Below are positions 21,070 through 34,249 of a stretch of 35,217 bases of DNA, one piece after another (the first letter of the stretch is position 1; every line of letters starts with the position of its first letter). The notes beneath the pieces were generated by a model that worked only from the letters and a program-made list of their open reading frames with translations, was not told where the DNA came from and made no database searches. The translations under genes and the position numbers were made by a program. The DNA lies in the NCBI GenBank assembly GCA_021432655.1, contig MU271300.1:47651-82867 (forward strand), read 5' to 3'. Source of the DNA: Atractiella rhizophila. Lineage: Eukaryota.

Positions 21070-22389
21070 TCATTGTGACTTGACGTCTCCCTCCTTCTCC
21101 GTCTGAAACAACATTCTTTCCAGATTAGCCCAAACCTTTGCTCTGTTCTCCTTTACCCTGCCCCAAGCATTAGGATCAACAACTTTGTAAGGATTCCATA
21201 TCGTGTTTCTTGCAAAATGGATTCCGAGTTGCTTGCCCACCGGATTTGCAGCCTGTTGAAAAGAACCATCAGAGCTGATCATAATCAAATATTCTTCCCC
21301 AGAACTGTTCAGACTTCGAGGACATACCAAGAAAATGCGAACATCTGCAAACTTGTTGGGCGATTCACGGGTTAGGAAAGAAAATACAGGAAGCAGTGAG
21401 GCGCTCAGTTGGGGGATGGGGAAAGGGAATCCCATATTCGATGCTGCCTTTGTTGCTTGCTACGAGTGAAGCACATATGGGTGCGGGATATGACAAAGAA
21501 ACAGACGTCGGTAACGTACTATTCCAGGGAATAGATGAATGGCTTTCAGATGTGGAAATCTTTCGTTGAATTCCTTTGTTGGGTGTCAGATCGAGCTTGT
21601 CAGTGAGCAGAGTATCAACGTACCAATGTCATGGCATCTGTGACGACACCATCTCTCCGCGCAGAAGCTAAAATATGACTGATGGGACCAAGCTTGTAGG
21701 ACTGTCTGACCTTCCTCAGGTCCAAGTCATCCCCATCAAATTTCTCAGTCTTTCCTCCAGGATCTGCGAGGGAGGCTACTGATTCTTTAAGCGTGCCTGA
21801 AGATGCGAGCAGGTATGGCAAGGCGAAACGAGACAGAATTTGAACTGCAAAACGCTTCGGACTGTCAACCTTCGACCTTAACTGAGGGACTTCCTACGCA
21901 CATGTTCTAGGCCATCAACAGTTTCTTTCCACTGTCCATTTGGCGGACCACCTTGGGTTTGGAAAAGGAAGTGTATTCCACGGTTCCCACATCGTTCCGA
22001 GAGTACTGCTGCCAACCGCTTCATTTCGGATATTTCACTGCAGACGAGTCTGAGTGCATGTATCGTGCAAACTGCCTGCCAATGCACACCTCAAATCGGC
22101 AGGAAAAAACTCGAATGTTTGTACTGATTCGTCGCGAGCTACTTCTCTCATCTGTCGAATGACCTGGTTTCCGAGCTCTTTATTGCGACCAATTATGATA
22201 ACGTCCGACCCAAGAGATGCAAGTCGGATGGCAATCGCTTCTCCTATGCCCTTCACACTGTCCGTTAGAACAATTTGGTGTAAAACTCCTAAAATGGCTC
22301 ACCTGAGTTCCTCCCACGACAGCACTTTGCTTCGAGGAAAGATCAAGGGCATCATTGCTTCTCTTGATGTCTGCGTTACAATTTGCCAT
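21070..22389 (-). CDS. Short-chain dehydrogenase/reductase (NAD(P)-binding Rossmann), substrate unknown
   Basis: SAVVGGTQ|GIGEAIAIRLA..VIIIGRN..EFFPADL; FAVQFLSRFALPYLL; AIHLFPG. Confidence 0.82.
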
Positions 22390-23029
22390 TTCTCTGGATG
22401 ATAGGTGCTGTATTCTGAAATTTAGTTCAGAATGGCACAGTCCAACTTGAAATTTCAAAATGCCTACGGTTAAAATGAGACCTTTGATTCCGAATTACCA
22501 TGTTGTCAATATTAATACCCCGAAGTCAAAGTGACCACAGGATCATTGAACGAACAGGAAGCTTTACAGTTGCTTCACGTTGGAGATTGAGTTGTTCGCT
22601 TCACGATCAACTGAAGTAGACAAGATATGTTAATCTAATGAAACGATTCCCACGTTTGACTTCTCCATTCGTCCAGCTGATCGTTTCTTTAAAATGCAAC
22701 TCAGTTGGCTCAGCCACAATAATTATGCGATACAGGACATCAGTAGATATGTGTAGCATTTGTACTTCGACCTTTCCAGTTCGTCATTCATGGAGGTAAT
22801 ACCATTGCGGTTGCCTGGTGGTTGAGAGAAGACGTCGGTAGAATTGCATAGGGATGTCGTACATATGAACATGAAAGGAAACTATACTGGTGCCTGCTGT
22901 TCCTACGACACCCTGTTGGGGCATTGAACAAATAGCTTGATTTGGTTGCTTGGAAAATGTTACAAGCAGTGGGCAACGAATTTGAATCGCTTGATAAACG
23001 TTAAATAGAGACAAACTTCTGCGGGTGTT

Positions 23030-26000
23030 TCACCGTCGCGACTTTTTGCTAGGAGATACTGTTGGGTTTTGAGAGGACGGTAGGGACTTTGTCCGCACTG
23101 TTATTGCGGGGGTCAAAAGGGACTTTAACCGTGATACGGAAGAGTCAACGCACCCTGCTCATCAGACGATGGAGTCCTCTTCCGTTTCCTCTCCTCTAGC
23201 CCCCTCAGCAAATCCACATTCGATCCTTGGGGGGTCTCTGGTACGATAGTGCTCCCAGGACTAGCATCTGCTTCCCTCCTAGACTCAGTCCCACTTTCAT
23301 CTGATAGGGTTCTCTGAGTATTTTCGGTTCCCAATCGTCGAGGGGTGGGAGGGAAAGGGATCTTGCTACTAGCCGACACAGACCGAGGAGGAATGTAGCT
23401 GCCCAATTCAGGAGAAGGTGGCGGAAGCGTCGAGAATGGGTTCGAGATGTCTGCTTCTTGTTGTTCTGGCGTGCAGAGTATTTCCAGTGTCGAGGGCGAA
23501 CAAGCAAGGCTGAGCCGCTGAGCCGGTGGGAGCACAGTTTCGTCTTGGGACTGGGACGTGTTGGAGGGTAGGAGTTGCGTGTCTAAAAAGGAGCCTTCCT
23601 ATAACAGAGGACTTAGAGAAGATAAAATAAGATAGAGAGAGACTGACATAAGCAAAGGAAGGAAGGAATGAAACATGCAAGTCTGTAAACGGTGGCGTTC
23701 TCTTGATGCCTGCGAGGATCTGGCGGAAAGAGATTGGACAATCGACAGGCTCAGTTAACTTTGCAAAGGTGCTCTGCCAAAAGTCAAAAAAGACATGGGC
23801 AAGTTTTGGATCCAAAGATGACTGGGAAGGGAACGGCGCCGAAAGGAGAGAAATCTCTTGCAGAAGCGACGGCGAATCGACGTTGACAAAAGATCGAAGC
23901 ATTCGACAGGCCGAGACGTAAAGTTGGGCTCGAGCTTGGTACTGCTCGTCTGTTTCGCTGTCGCTCAGAGGCGACAGGATCCTGAGAACATGGTCGCGAA
24001 GAGTGTTAAATGCTGAGCTTTTTTGAACCCGATCAAAACTCGCGAACGCGTCCAAAGAAGCCTTGAGGAGTGAGGAAGACAGCGCCCACCATCCGTTGAT
24101 CTGCTTCTTGAACAACGTATCACACGTATCCGCCACCGTACTCACGATTTCGGGAGGCATGTCGATCGTCTTAGTTGTTGCGGTTTCCAGAGCCGCCTGA
24201 ATAAAAAAGACGGAGCAAGAAGATGCGTTGACTTCTTCGAAAAGCGAATCTAACCGTCCAGCATCGGCAATGCAAATCATCAACTCTTGGACATGCATCT
24301 GCATGTTGTGATCATGCGTTTGATCGAGATCAACCCTTTTGATTCCCCAACGGATGAGGTCGATGAGGAGACTGATCGTCTCCTCTGATTTTGAAGCGAG
24401 AAAGTCTTCCCCGCCACTGGCGTCGTACCACGCACACAGGAATAGACTCCAAGTGCCTCCCATCTCTCCTAGCGGCCGCTTCTGCGCTGTGGCATAGCGT
24501 AAGAAGTCCCCAGTCAGCTTCCTGAGGACATCGAGACCTTTGTAGACATCCATCCAATGCGAAACAGTTAGGAAAAGCTCTCGATATCCGATATTCTCGT
24601 AGTCCTTTTGCAAGAGTTGCCCCAAAGCAGTTATGAAGTGCTCTGCCATCCTGCTCAGTCATGTTGATTGGGAATAACAGTGACTAACCAAAATCTCCAG
24701 CAGTTCCTCTCTGACGATCATAGTAATCACCCTTCAGCTCGGAAACAGCGCCACCAAAGAGCAGATCGATAATATTAAACTCAGCTTTGCGTCGCTCGGT
24801 TCGTGTCAGGCCAATACTTTGAGGGGACGTCGTTTTGAGAGCAGCGATCATATCGTTGAGGAACTTTGACACGTTTTCGAGAGCTTCGTCAACTTCTTCC
24901 GCTAAATGATCTATATTTTCAGTCAGTATGCAGGGACTGCGAGAGGATCTGGATATGTACCGTAGCTCATTGCTTCCGTGATACAGCGAAGGATAGCGAG
25001 CCAAAGCGTATTACATGCCTTGAGACAGAAAGGTTTCTTCTCGGCCGTCATCCACTCGCAGTCTTTGTCGTTCACCTTCAGATCCGCGCAGTGGAGAGTC
25101 TCCTTGAACAGCTCCAAAACCCACTTCATCCTCTTCAAGATCCACCTCAAGTCCCAGGACGGAACATCCACGCCACTCGGAGACATATCCCAAGCGTTCT
25201 TTGCCACCGAATCTCCCATTCCCTTCATCCCCATATTCAGCAGCCCACCTTCAAGAAATGTACGACAAATAAGATTCGACATATTCCAAGACGCACCGGA
25301 GTCGGCCGTTTGGTCCATCATGGCGATAAGAATGTCGAAAGTGGTTTTCTTAACAAATCCAAAGGTGCAGCGCAACATCCCTGGGAAGTGTTCAGCAACC
25401 AGGGACTTCCACAACTTGTCATAGTATTGAACATGCTTGGGACTGATGGGATGGTTTGGGTCAACATCGATTTGGTCGTTGTCGGGAAGGAGGACAGGGA
25501 GATTTTGAATCATCCCCGAGTAGCCATACATGATGCCAGCAACGACTTTAACGCGCGACTGGAACTCCATCGCATGGCGTTTTTGGCCCTTGCCTGATTT
25601 CGCTGGCCAGGTGGAAGTCCCTGAAGAGAACTGGTTGATCAGGTCGAAGAGATTGTTGTCGAAGGCACGGAGCGTGGGAGCGCGATGTAGAGAATAAATG
25701 CTCTTGAATATTACTGCGTAGAGAAGATGATTCCACGCTCGATGCTATAACAGAATATCATGGGATAACTCATGAAAAAAAAAAGATAAACGAACCGAAA
25801 GCATTTTCACGTTCTCGTTCTTCGACGAACGGAGAGACTCCATCCTTTCTGACCAAAACTTGGTAGGATGGATAATCTTCAGACCCTCTGGTGCGAGGAT
25901 GAGAGGCATCAATCCGACGAGAGACAGAGCCCAACCAACTACTCTACATAAGATACAGGGGTAGGTAACCAGTCAGCACACTCACCATCCTTCTCTTCCG

Positions 26001-28763
26001 CAGCCTCCAGAAATTCATCCAACACATCCAACCTGCTTCCCTTTCCAGGAATATTCTTCGTCCAATGTGCCCACGTCCTCTCGGACACTTCCTCCTGCAA
26101 CTTTCTCCTCTCTTTCTCGTCCAAACTGTCCTCTTCGCCCCACGGCGTCACCAGACCGTGAACCACGAGCGCGAGAGCATTCATGCTCCTCATCCGAATC
26201 GTAGGGATGTGATGTGTCAAGCCATCCAAAACGGCTGCACACAGCCACTCTGCATGAGTTTGGGTGAAATGGCGACGATAATCCCTCGCGAGGACGGTAA
26301 TGGCCTGTAAAGTCTCCATGAAGATCCGCGTGCTCTTCTTTCCAGCTGGCACTGTGCAGGATATGGCCTTGCTGAGGGCGGAAGCGATGCGAGGGAGCAA
26401 GGGGATAATAATGTCATGTGGGAGACGTTGGGAGTAGAAGAGCCATGAGGGATAAGCTAGGATTTCCTTTCTGGATTTGACCTGAAGATGAGGGGCTTCA
26501 GCGACCTGTAAAACCGCGTCCAAGAGCGTGTTGATTTCTTCTTCTACTCTCTCAGTCCGTCAACCCACTCCTGTAGGTAAAAGAAGATGAGAGAAAAAAC
26601 TTACCATCCCACATTTTCCACAGCTCTCCTTCATAGAAGAAAGTCCCCAAACACTTCACAGCGGCCATTGCAGCTCTCGTCTCCTCGCCATTCCTCCTCA
26701 CCAAAATCGCCGAGCTCCCTCTCCGTTTCTCTTTCTTCGCCGACTCCGGTTTAACTTTCAAAGGGGAAGCATGAACATCCTCCCTCCTTTCCATCCTCAC
26801 AAAGATGCTTTCATCGTCTCCATCCCCCTCCTCATCCCCCAAAACCTCCTCTTCCTCCTCGGGTAAAGGAGAAACCAAGTTCTTGAGTTCCCTCAAGATA
26901 CATCTAGCGAGACGAGAAGCGAAAGGTTTGAGTTCCTCCAACAGCCTCTCTTTCCCACGCCAAAACATTCCCTTTTCGTCCGCTTTGAAGGTCTGCGCCT
27001 GCTTGACGAGGGCTGCACAAGCCCATAGCTTTCTCACGAGGGTCTTGTATGCTTGTTCGACCTCTACGAGTGAGATAGGGACCTGGGATGGGCCGACAGG
27101 ACGGGAATCGGACGGTGAAGCTCCTGGGAGAAAGCGGGGGAGGATGGTCGTTGCTCTGGAAGGAGAGGCGGGGAGGAAGGTGGAGGATGATTGGAGGTCT
27201 GAAATCTCTAGAGTCATGAGAGCGGAACGAAGGATGGTGAGTAGTTCCTGTTCGTCTCCATCCTCTTCCTCCGGTTCATCCGCATCATCGTTGTCTTCTG
27301 AATCAGAGGGGGACGGAGGAGGTCCAATACTGCTCTTTCCGGTTCCTTCTCCCGGCGTCTCCCTCTCCCCTCCTGTACTCCCCCACCCTTCTTCGTCCTC
27401 ATCCTCTCCCTCCGTACTCTCCACCCTCCTCCCACCCTCTTCTTCGCCCATAAGTCGACCGACAACCTTCCACTTCCCCTTCTCCAACCTCCTCCTCTTC
27501 ACCTCCACCACCACATCCAGGCTTTCCAACGCCCTATCCCTCTTTCCTCCATTCATCGCCGTCGCCTCACTTGTCCTTCTCACCAGGAAGGCACTAGGAG
27601 AAGACCCGGCTGGAGGACGGCGGAGGATGCCTCGAAGGACGAGTGGGGAACGAGATGGTGATCCGTCATTGTTGATGCGAGTGCTGGGAAATTGAACCGG
27701 TGTGCGGATGAGGGCGGTGGGGGAGGAGCGGGTTGAGATGGGGAAAATGGGAGAACGAGAAGAGGATGGTGGTCTAGAAGGAGTAGATGGATGGGAAGGG
27801 AATGGAGTCGAGAGGAGGGAGGCGGCAACGATCTCGTCGTCGGACAACGGTTCATCTTCTCCATCGGACTCTCGCTGAGGGAACAAGATCGACTTAGGCC
27901 CAAACTCGAATGCAGGTCCCAATCCCAGACCTGCAAACAGTCAACTCTTCCGCTCCTTCACCAGGAACGAAGAGAAAAGTAGACGCACCTTTAAGCGGCG
28001 TCCTCTTCGCTTCTCCATTCCCATTCACTGTAAAAGTGAACCCAGAAACCTGTCTCGCTCTCTCCCTCCTATTCTTCGTTGGACTCGACGGTGCCTTCCT
28101 CGGACTGATCCACCCTTCTCCATTTCGTTGTCTCTTCCACTTCGATGCAGAGTTTGTGACGACCTTGCGCTCCTTCCGATGAGACGGCAGACTGCGAGCT
28201 GAGGCCAATTTGAGGGAAGAAAAGAGGACGGTGCGTTTCCGCTTCTTAGGGTTTGTACTTGTGATCGGGAGGATGCGCGAAGGTGAAGTCTGAGGATGAG
28301 GATGAGGACGGATAGGAGACGAATTGGACTTTTCTCGTTCGAGGAAGAAAGAATCTTCGGCGTCGGCATCTGCACCATTGCTGGACGAAGCGGAAGAGAA
28401 GGGAGATCCGAACAGCGCGACTGGAGAGACGGAGGGAGGAGGAGAAGCCGAAAAGGAAAAGTTCTTGGACGCGTCCAAATAGCTCAGTACGCGTCCGACA
28501 CCGCTCCCACTCACATTTCCGCTTTTAAACTTGCGATCCTCGCTCCCGCTCACCTCCTTTTCCCCTTTCAGACTCGCAATAGAACCTCCTGACACCTTCC
28601 TGGGAGAGCATACGCGTGGTTCAGCGTAGGGAGAGAAGTTCTCCTTGGCTGGTGATGTCGTTGTTGACTTGGGAGTTGACGGCGGCTGGAAGAATGGCAG
28701 AGCAGTGGAGGTTGGCGTCTTCTTGCTGTGAGATGTAGGCGACGGCGGCAGAATGCTCTGCAT
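23030..28763 (-). CDS. RIF1: Rif1 (Rap1-interacting factor 1)-like protein: disordered N-terminus with PP1-docking motifs + HEAT-like Rif1_N domain; alternative in-frame ATG at 28850
   Basis: RVxF-like KRTVLF and SILK/GILK-like KSILF and RGILR in a Ser/Pro-rich N-terminus; long helical region (AMAAVKCLGTFF, WLFYSQRLP, RAWNHLLYA) resembling fungal Rif1_N; intron ~27931-27989 joins the first two large ORFs; last exon ends SPSKKSRR* at 23030. Confidence 0.72.
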
Positions 28764-28914
28764 GCTGATATCCAAGCGTAAAGTAACCAACTCTTGTTTA
28801 TCAACAGCAGCAGCACTTGGTTCTTTGACTCCTTCCGTACCTCCGTACATCAGCAGTCATCAACTCGCCACAGCATATACCAACGGCCATCCAGCTTCAC
28901 AAGCCAGACGCATA

Positions 28915-29695
28915 ATGGTACGTCCTGCTACCTCCCATGCGAGCGATAGAGCTAACGCAATGGGCGGATAGTCTACCGCCTCACGTCGACGTCTCATCCG
29001 CGACTTCAAGCGCCTAACGGCGGATCCGCCAGGTGGGATCTCTGGCGCTCCTTGTGCGGATAACATCATGTTGTGGAACGCTGTAATCTTTGGTCCTGGT
29101 GTGTCTCTTTATCTGTTCCCTTCATACGCCATTCATACGTCGTGGGGTTGTGTGGGAATGTCGTTTGACAATGGTGAGATGGTTGAATTGCGCTGCGCTA
29201 TAGAAGTCCTAACAACTTCCTCGTTTCTTTCTTCTTACCAATGTCTCTTCACTCTCAACCGTTCTTCTTCCTAACTCCATTACAATCATAAACCCGATCA
29301 TCACGCTAACTCCTATCTGTCTGTTCCCAAAAGCCGAAACACCTTTCGAAGACGGCACCTTCCGTCTCCTCCTCACCTTCGACGAGTCCTACCCAAACAA
29401 GCCACCATCCGTGCGCTTCGTGTCCAAAATGTTCCATCCCAACGTCTACGGCGACGGCAACCTCTGTCTGGACATCCTCCAAAACCGTTGGTCGCCAACC
29501 TACGACGTCTCCGCCATCCTCACCTCCATCCAATCCCTCCTCCACGACCCCAATCCCAACAGTCCCGCCAACGTCGAGGCCGCCCAGCTGTACAGGGAGA
29601 ATAGGAGGGAGTACGAGAGGAGGGTCAGGGAGGTGGTCGAGCTGAGTTGGGTCGATGAGGAGGACAAGACGGCGGAAGGGAACGCTAAGGCTTGA
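28915..29695 (+). CDS. RAD6: Ubiquitin-conjugating enzyme E2 Rad6/Ubc2; introns 28918-28971 and 29099-29333
   Basis: [87 protein letters not shown]. Confidence 0.97.
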
Positions 29696-30179
29696 CGATT
29701 CTTCACGTTCACGCTTGATTCAGGTGATGGTGTGATGCAAGTAATGCTCGACAGTGAGCATTCGTTGGTTTCGTGACTTACTAGTAGTTGTCCGGAGTGG
29801 GAGGGGTAGAAACCTGCTTTGTTCTTTGTACAGTATCGGACCTGTACTTGTTTAGCAGAGTACAATCAGTATCATTCATTAGCTCGCTATCCATCGCATC
29901 GCCGTCATCGGGAATTATAACTCGTCTCATTAAGACTAAACGGACATATCAAAGTTATACAGTATTGTACCTAAATATTCACGCAACCAACTCCACGTAA
30001 AAATTTTATCTCCTCTACTCTCTCTACCTTCCCTCCCAGCAGGGCATTCAAACTCAAACTCAAACAATTAGTCAGAACACAACGAAAAGAGTCTGAAAAG
30101 TCTCTCATCTCTCCGAGATCACACCACAACCTTCGTACTTTATTACTTTTCCCGTCTCTCCACCTCTACAAGGACCTCC

Positions 30180-31324
30180 TCACCAAAACCTCAGGGCCAT
30201 CCAAATCAGTCCACCAGCCAACACCGGGATGGTCAAATTATCGTCGGCGCCGGCCAGGTCCAATCCCTCCGCAATCGCGCCCGCGAAGCCGCAGACGAGA
30301 GCGAGCAAGAACAGGGGCATATTGGATTCCGGTCTTGGGAGCACGGGCAGGAACGTGGGTTGGGGAGGCAGAGAGCGCGGTGGGAGAGGTTGAGACGACC
30401 AGGAGAGGTCCGATGGGTTTCCGAAGGAGGAGAGAGGGAAGAACAGGAGGGCAGAGAGCGCGCCGGCGGCTGTTACGCAATCATGGAATGTCAGTAGAAT
30501 GAACGGGAAACTTGGTGAGGAAAGGGGGATAGGTGGGATGTAGACGCACCGAATGCGCCTAAGAAACCGGCGAAGGACTTCTTTGCGCCGAAGGGGAAAG
30601 GGAGCTTCGGTGTGTAACGACCGTATAGGCGACCGAAAACGGAGGCGGAGGTATCGCACCAGGAGAGGATGAGGATTGCCAGGGTGGCAATGTCTAGAGG
30701 GAGGGTGGAGAGTACCGCGAGGACTCCTGGACAATTCCAACATACAACCGTCAACACCAAAAGACCCAGAGGAGGGAGAAACAAACCGATCAAGTAGAAG
30801 ACGACCCCGTTCGGCCCTTTCTTCTCACTCTCTCGCATCAAGGGACCCAAGACGCGCTCATAGATTTTCTCAAAGGAAGGAGAACGCAGACGCAGAATGT
30901 CGGCGCTGCCTATGACGACGAGAGCAGGGAACAGGGTGAAGATGATGGATCGGACTGGGGTGCGGTAAATGTACAAGCCGAGGGTTACGAATCCTTTATC
31001 CCAGATTACCCTTTACTCTCTCACCGAGGGATAAAGAAAGAAAGACGTACCAATGCTAGAATGCAAGACTTTGCGAGGAACCTCGTAAACCTCCCACCAG
31101 CCGTTCTTCGCCTTCTCCTTCTTCACCACCTCCGGCAGCCCACTCAGCCTCCGGGTCTTCTCGAGCGTGACCCTCCTCTGCAACAGCTTTCCCTCGCCGG
31201 CGCTGTTGCCGCTGCCTTTGCGTCTGCCATGTGCTGGGGTCGCCGGGAGATGGGTGAACGTCGGCGTTGGCGTTGACGGAGGCGAAGGGGACGACGGAGG
31301 TGGAGACGAGAGACGCCTGAGCAT
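30180..31324 (-). CDS. DGK1: CTP-dependent diacylglycerol kinase (cytidylyltransferase family); start codon uncertain
   Basis: EVPRKVLHSSIG, LMRESEK..NGVVFYLIG, ILSWCDTSASVFGRLYG, KKSFAGFLG, DDNLTIPV motifs. Confidence 0.9.
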
Positions 31325-31676
31325 CGACGGGCTGCTTTCTAGTAAGGCCGAGGTGGGACGCTTGGAGTTGGACTGGGAGAAGCGACGCTGGGTTGAAATG
31401 AGAAGGGGCGGGTCGTGCATTGACATTACTCCTGCATCATCGTCATACCATCCGATATTAATAACCATTCCACTTATATTTTGCAGAGATAAATACGCAC
31501 CTATGCCTGAACCTGGAGAGCAGCCTGTGGATGGCAAGCGACAGCTGGGAAGGGAAAGGGAAAGGGTCGTGTGAATTCGTCGATATTGCGAAATTGCGAA
31601 CTCTTCCTCATCCGGCATTACACGGACTCACAACGTACTAGCTGGAGCTAAACTTTAAAGGTGACTGTTTTCTTTG

Positions 31677-32314
<638 letters not shown>

Positions 32315-32777
32315 TCTCGTCTATCTATCCTCTACTCTATGTTCTATTATGGTATGTGGATCCCGTTTGTTTTCTCAAACAAAGCACTGACGCCGAGTTT
32401 GTTGTCCAGATCACCATCTCGTCCAATTGTGAACACCTTCGTCCTTTCCATGTCTATATATCCGCGCCTATGCGTCTCGACAGTATGAAATGTTGATTAT
32501 GTACCCCACATTGCTTTTCACGGTAAAGTGCCAGCATGCAGACCCTGTGACCCTATTGGTATCTGCCAAGTTCAACAGAGATGCCATGAGCGTAAAGTGC
32601 AACCTGCTTTTCACTTGATAGTTATTTGAGTTCCTTGTGGTAATTATGTCGTGGACACTGAGGGCGTCATTTGATACTAATACATTTCATTGTCAGCACT
32701 TGGATAGCAGGTTACACGCTTTGTTCGCGAGCCTTCTAATGACTGCTGCTGTAACAGTCATATTGTTCACAAGCCAC

Positions 32778-34063
32778 TCATGTGTTGCGATGCACAACTT
32801 GAGCCGACTGCATATGCCAATCCTCAATCAGCTCTTGTTGGGAGAAGGAAAGTGCAGAGGGGACGTACAGCTTGCGCACTGGGGAAGACGAGGACTTCAG
32901 CAATGTTTACTCTCTGCATCCATTCACATGTTGAGTAAATCTATCCAAATGAAGGTGAAATGGGAATACAAACCTCAGGCCGTGAAGCAACCCAGACAAT
33001 CTCCTCCGCAATGTCCACAGGCGTGAGAGGCTCTAAACCTGTTCGCACACCACAAATAATTTCAACGTTTTCCTCTTCCGTGCACTAGAGAAACACTAAC
33101 CAGAATAAACGTTATCCGCCTTTTGCTTATCACCCCTAAACCTCGTCACAGAAAAGTTTGTCTCGACCATACCCGGCTGGACCTCCGATACTCTGACATT
33201 GTAAGAGACAAGCTCTTTGAGGAGCGAAGTCGTGAATGCTCTTACTGCGTGTTTGGTGGCGCAGTAGATGGAGCCACCGGCATATGCTTCGCGGCCGGCG
33301 ATCGAGCCTAGTTGGATGATGTGGCCTGAGTTCCGAGCCTTGAATTCTAGGAAATTTGGTTGAGTGACGGCGCAGAGAGTCAGGAATGAAGGAGCACTGA
33401 CGATTCACGAAGAGTTGGGTGATATGAATCAGACCGAGGACGTTGATGTCTGCATGTGTAGTGTGAGAAGAGTAGGGGGGAAGGGGAGAGGACACACTGA
33501 ACATAGTTTCAACGTCGCTATCGGTGACTTCTCCCACCTTCTCCACTCCAAAAACGAGACCAGCATTGTTCACCTATTCACGTAAACGGTCAAAAATCAC
33601 ATCAGTCTTCACTACAAGCGTGATCGCTGATTCAGCTCAACAAAGAAGGAAACGCACCAGAATATCCACAGGGCCAAGCCCTGCCTCCTCGATCTTTTTA
33701 GGCAATGCATCCGTCGATGCCTTATCCGACACATCGTGCTCCAAGCAAAGAGTTTTCACACCTTCAATCTTTGCTGCTACCTTCTTCAACTCCTCCAGCC
33801 TCCTCGCAGTGAGGACGACATTCGAGCCTGCCTAGCAGCACGATGCTTTCAGCTCGATTGAAAGGCGTGCAAAGGAGGAAGGGACAGGTACCTTCCCAAA
33901 TAATATAGCTGTCTCTGCACCAATCCCGCCAGAGGCACCTAACAGCCAATATCTCAGCTCAGATGCTCTAACCCCAAGCCCAAAAGTAATTTGCAATGAT
34001 CGAGCACTCACCAGTTACGAGCACGGTCTTTCCTTGCAATCTGCTCGTGTTAAACACAGACAT
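32778..34063 (-). CDS. Classical SDR, YdfG/YMR226C-like NADP-dependent 3-hydroxy acid dehydrogenase; multi-intron
   Basis: MSVFNTSRLQGKTVLVTG|ASGGIG, ARR, VNNAG, GSIAGREAYAGGSIYCATK (YxxxK), QPGMVETNFSVTRFRGD, PLTPVDIAEEIVWVASRP, VNIAEVLVFP..HRNT*. Confidence 0.92.
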
Positions 34064-34249
34064 CGTACTGTTATATCTCCTAACGAGCGATCCGTAAGCT
34101 CTTAATCTCCTCAAAGAGAAATGTTGAAGGGAGAAATGCTGCAATGGATGTCTCATAAAGCACGATATCGCGATGGTGCATTTCGTGGGGGTTGTTCGGC
34201 CCGGGATCCGATACATGATGGCACAACATCTGGTGTTGGACCGTTGACT

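Noticed and set aside
26805..27695. 296-aa plus-strand ORF and other long antisense ORFs (e.g. 5298-5990, 24866-25597)
   Set aside because: Shadow frames opposite recognisable genes; low complexity, no family motifs.
29099..29333. 235-nt RAD6 intron as snoRNA host
   Set aside because: No canonical C (RTGATGA) and D (CTGA) box pair visible; the length is only moderately elevated.
1..31324. PA phosphatase and DGK1 (opposing lipid reactions) as a functional cluster
   Set aside because: About 30 kb apart with many unrelated genes between; most likely coincidence.
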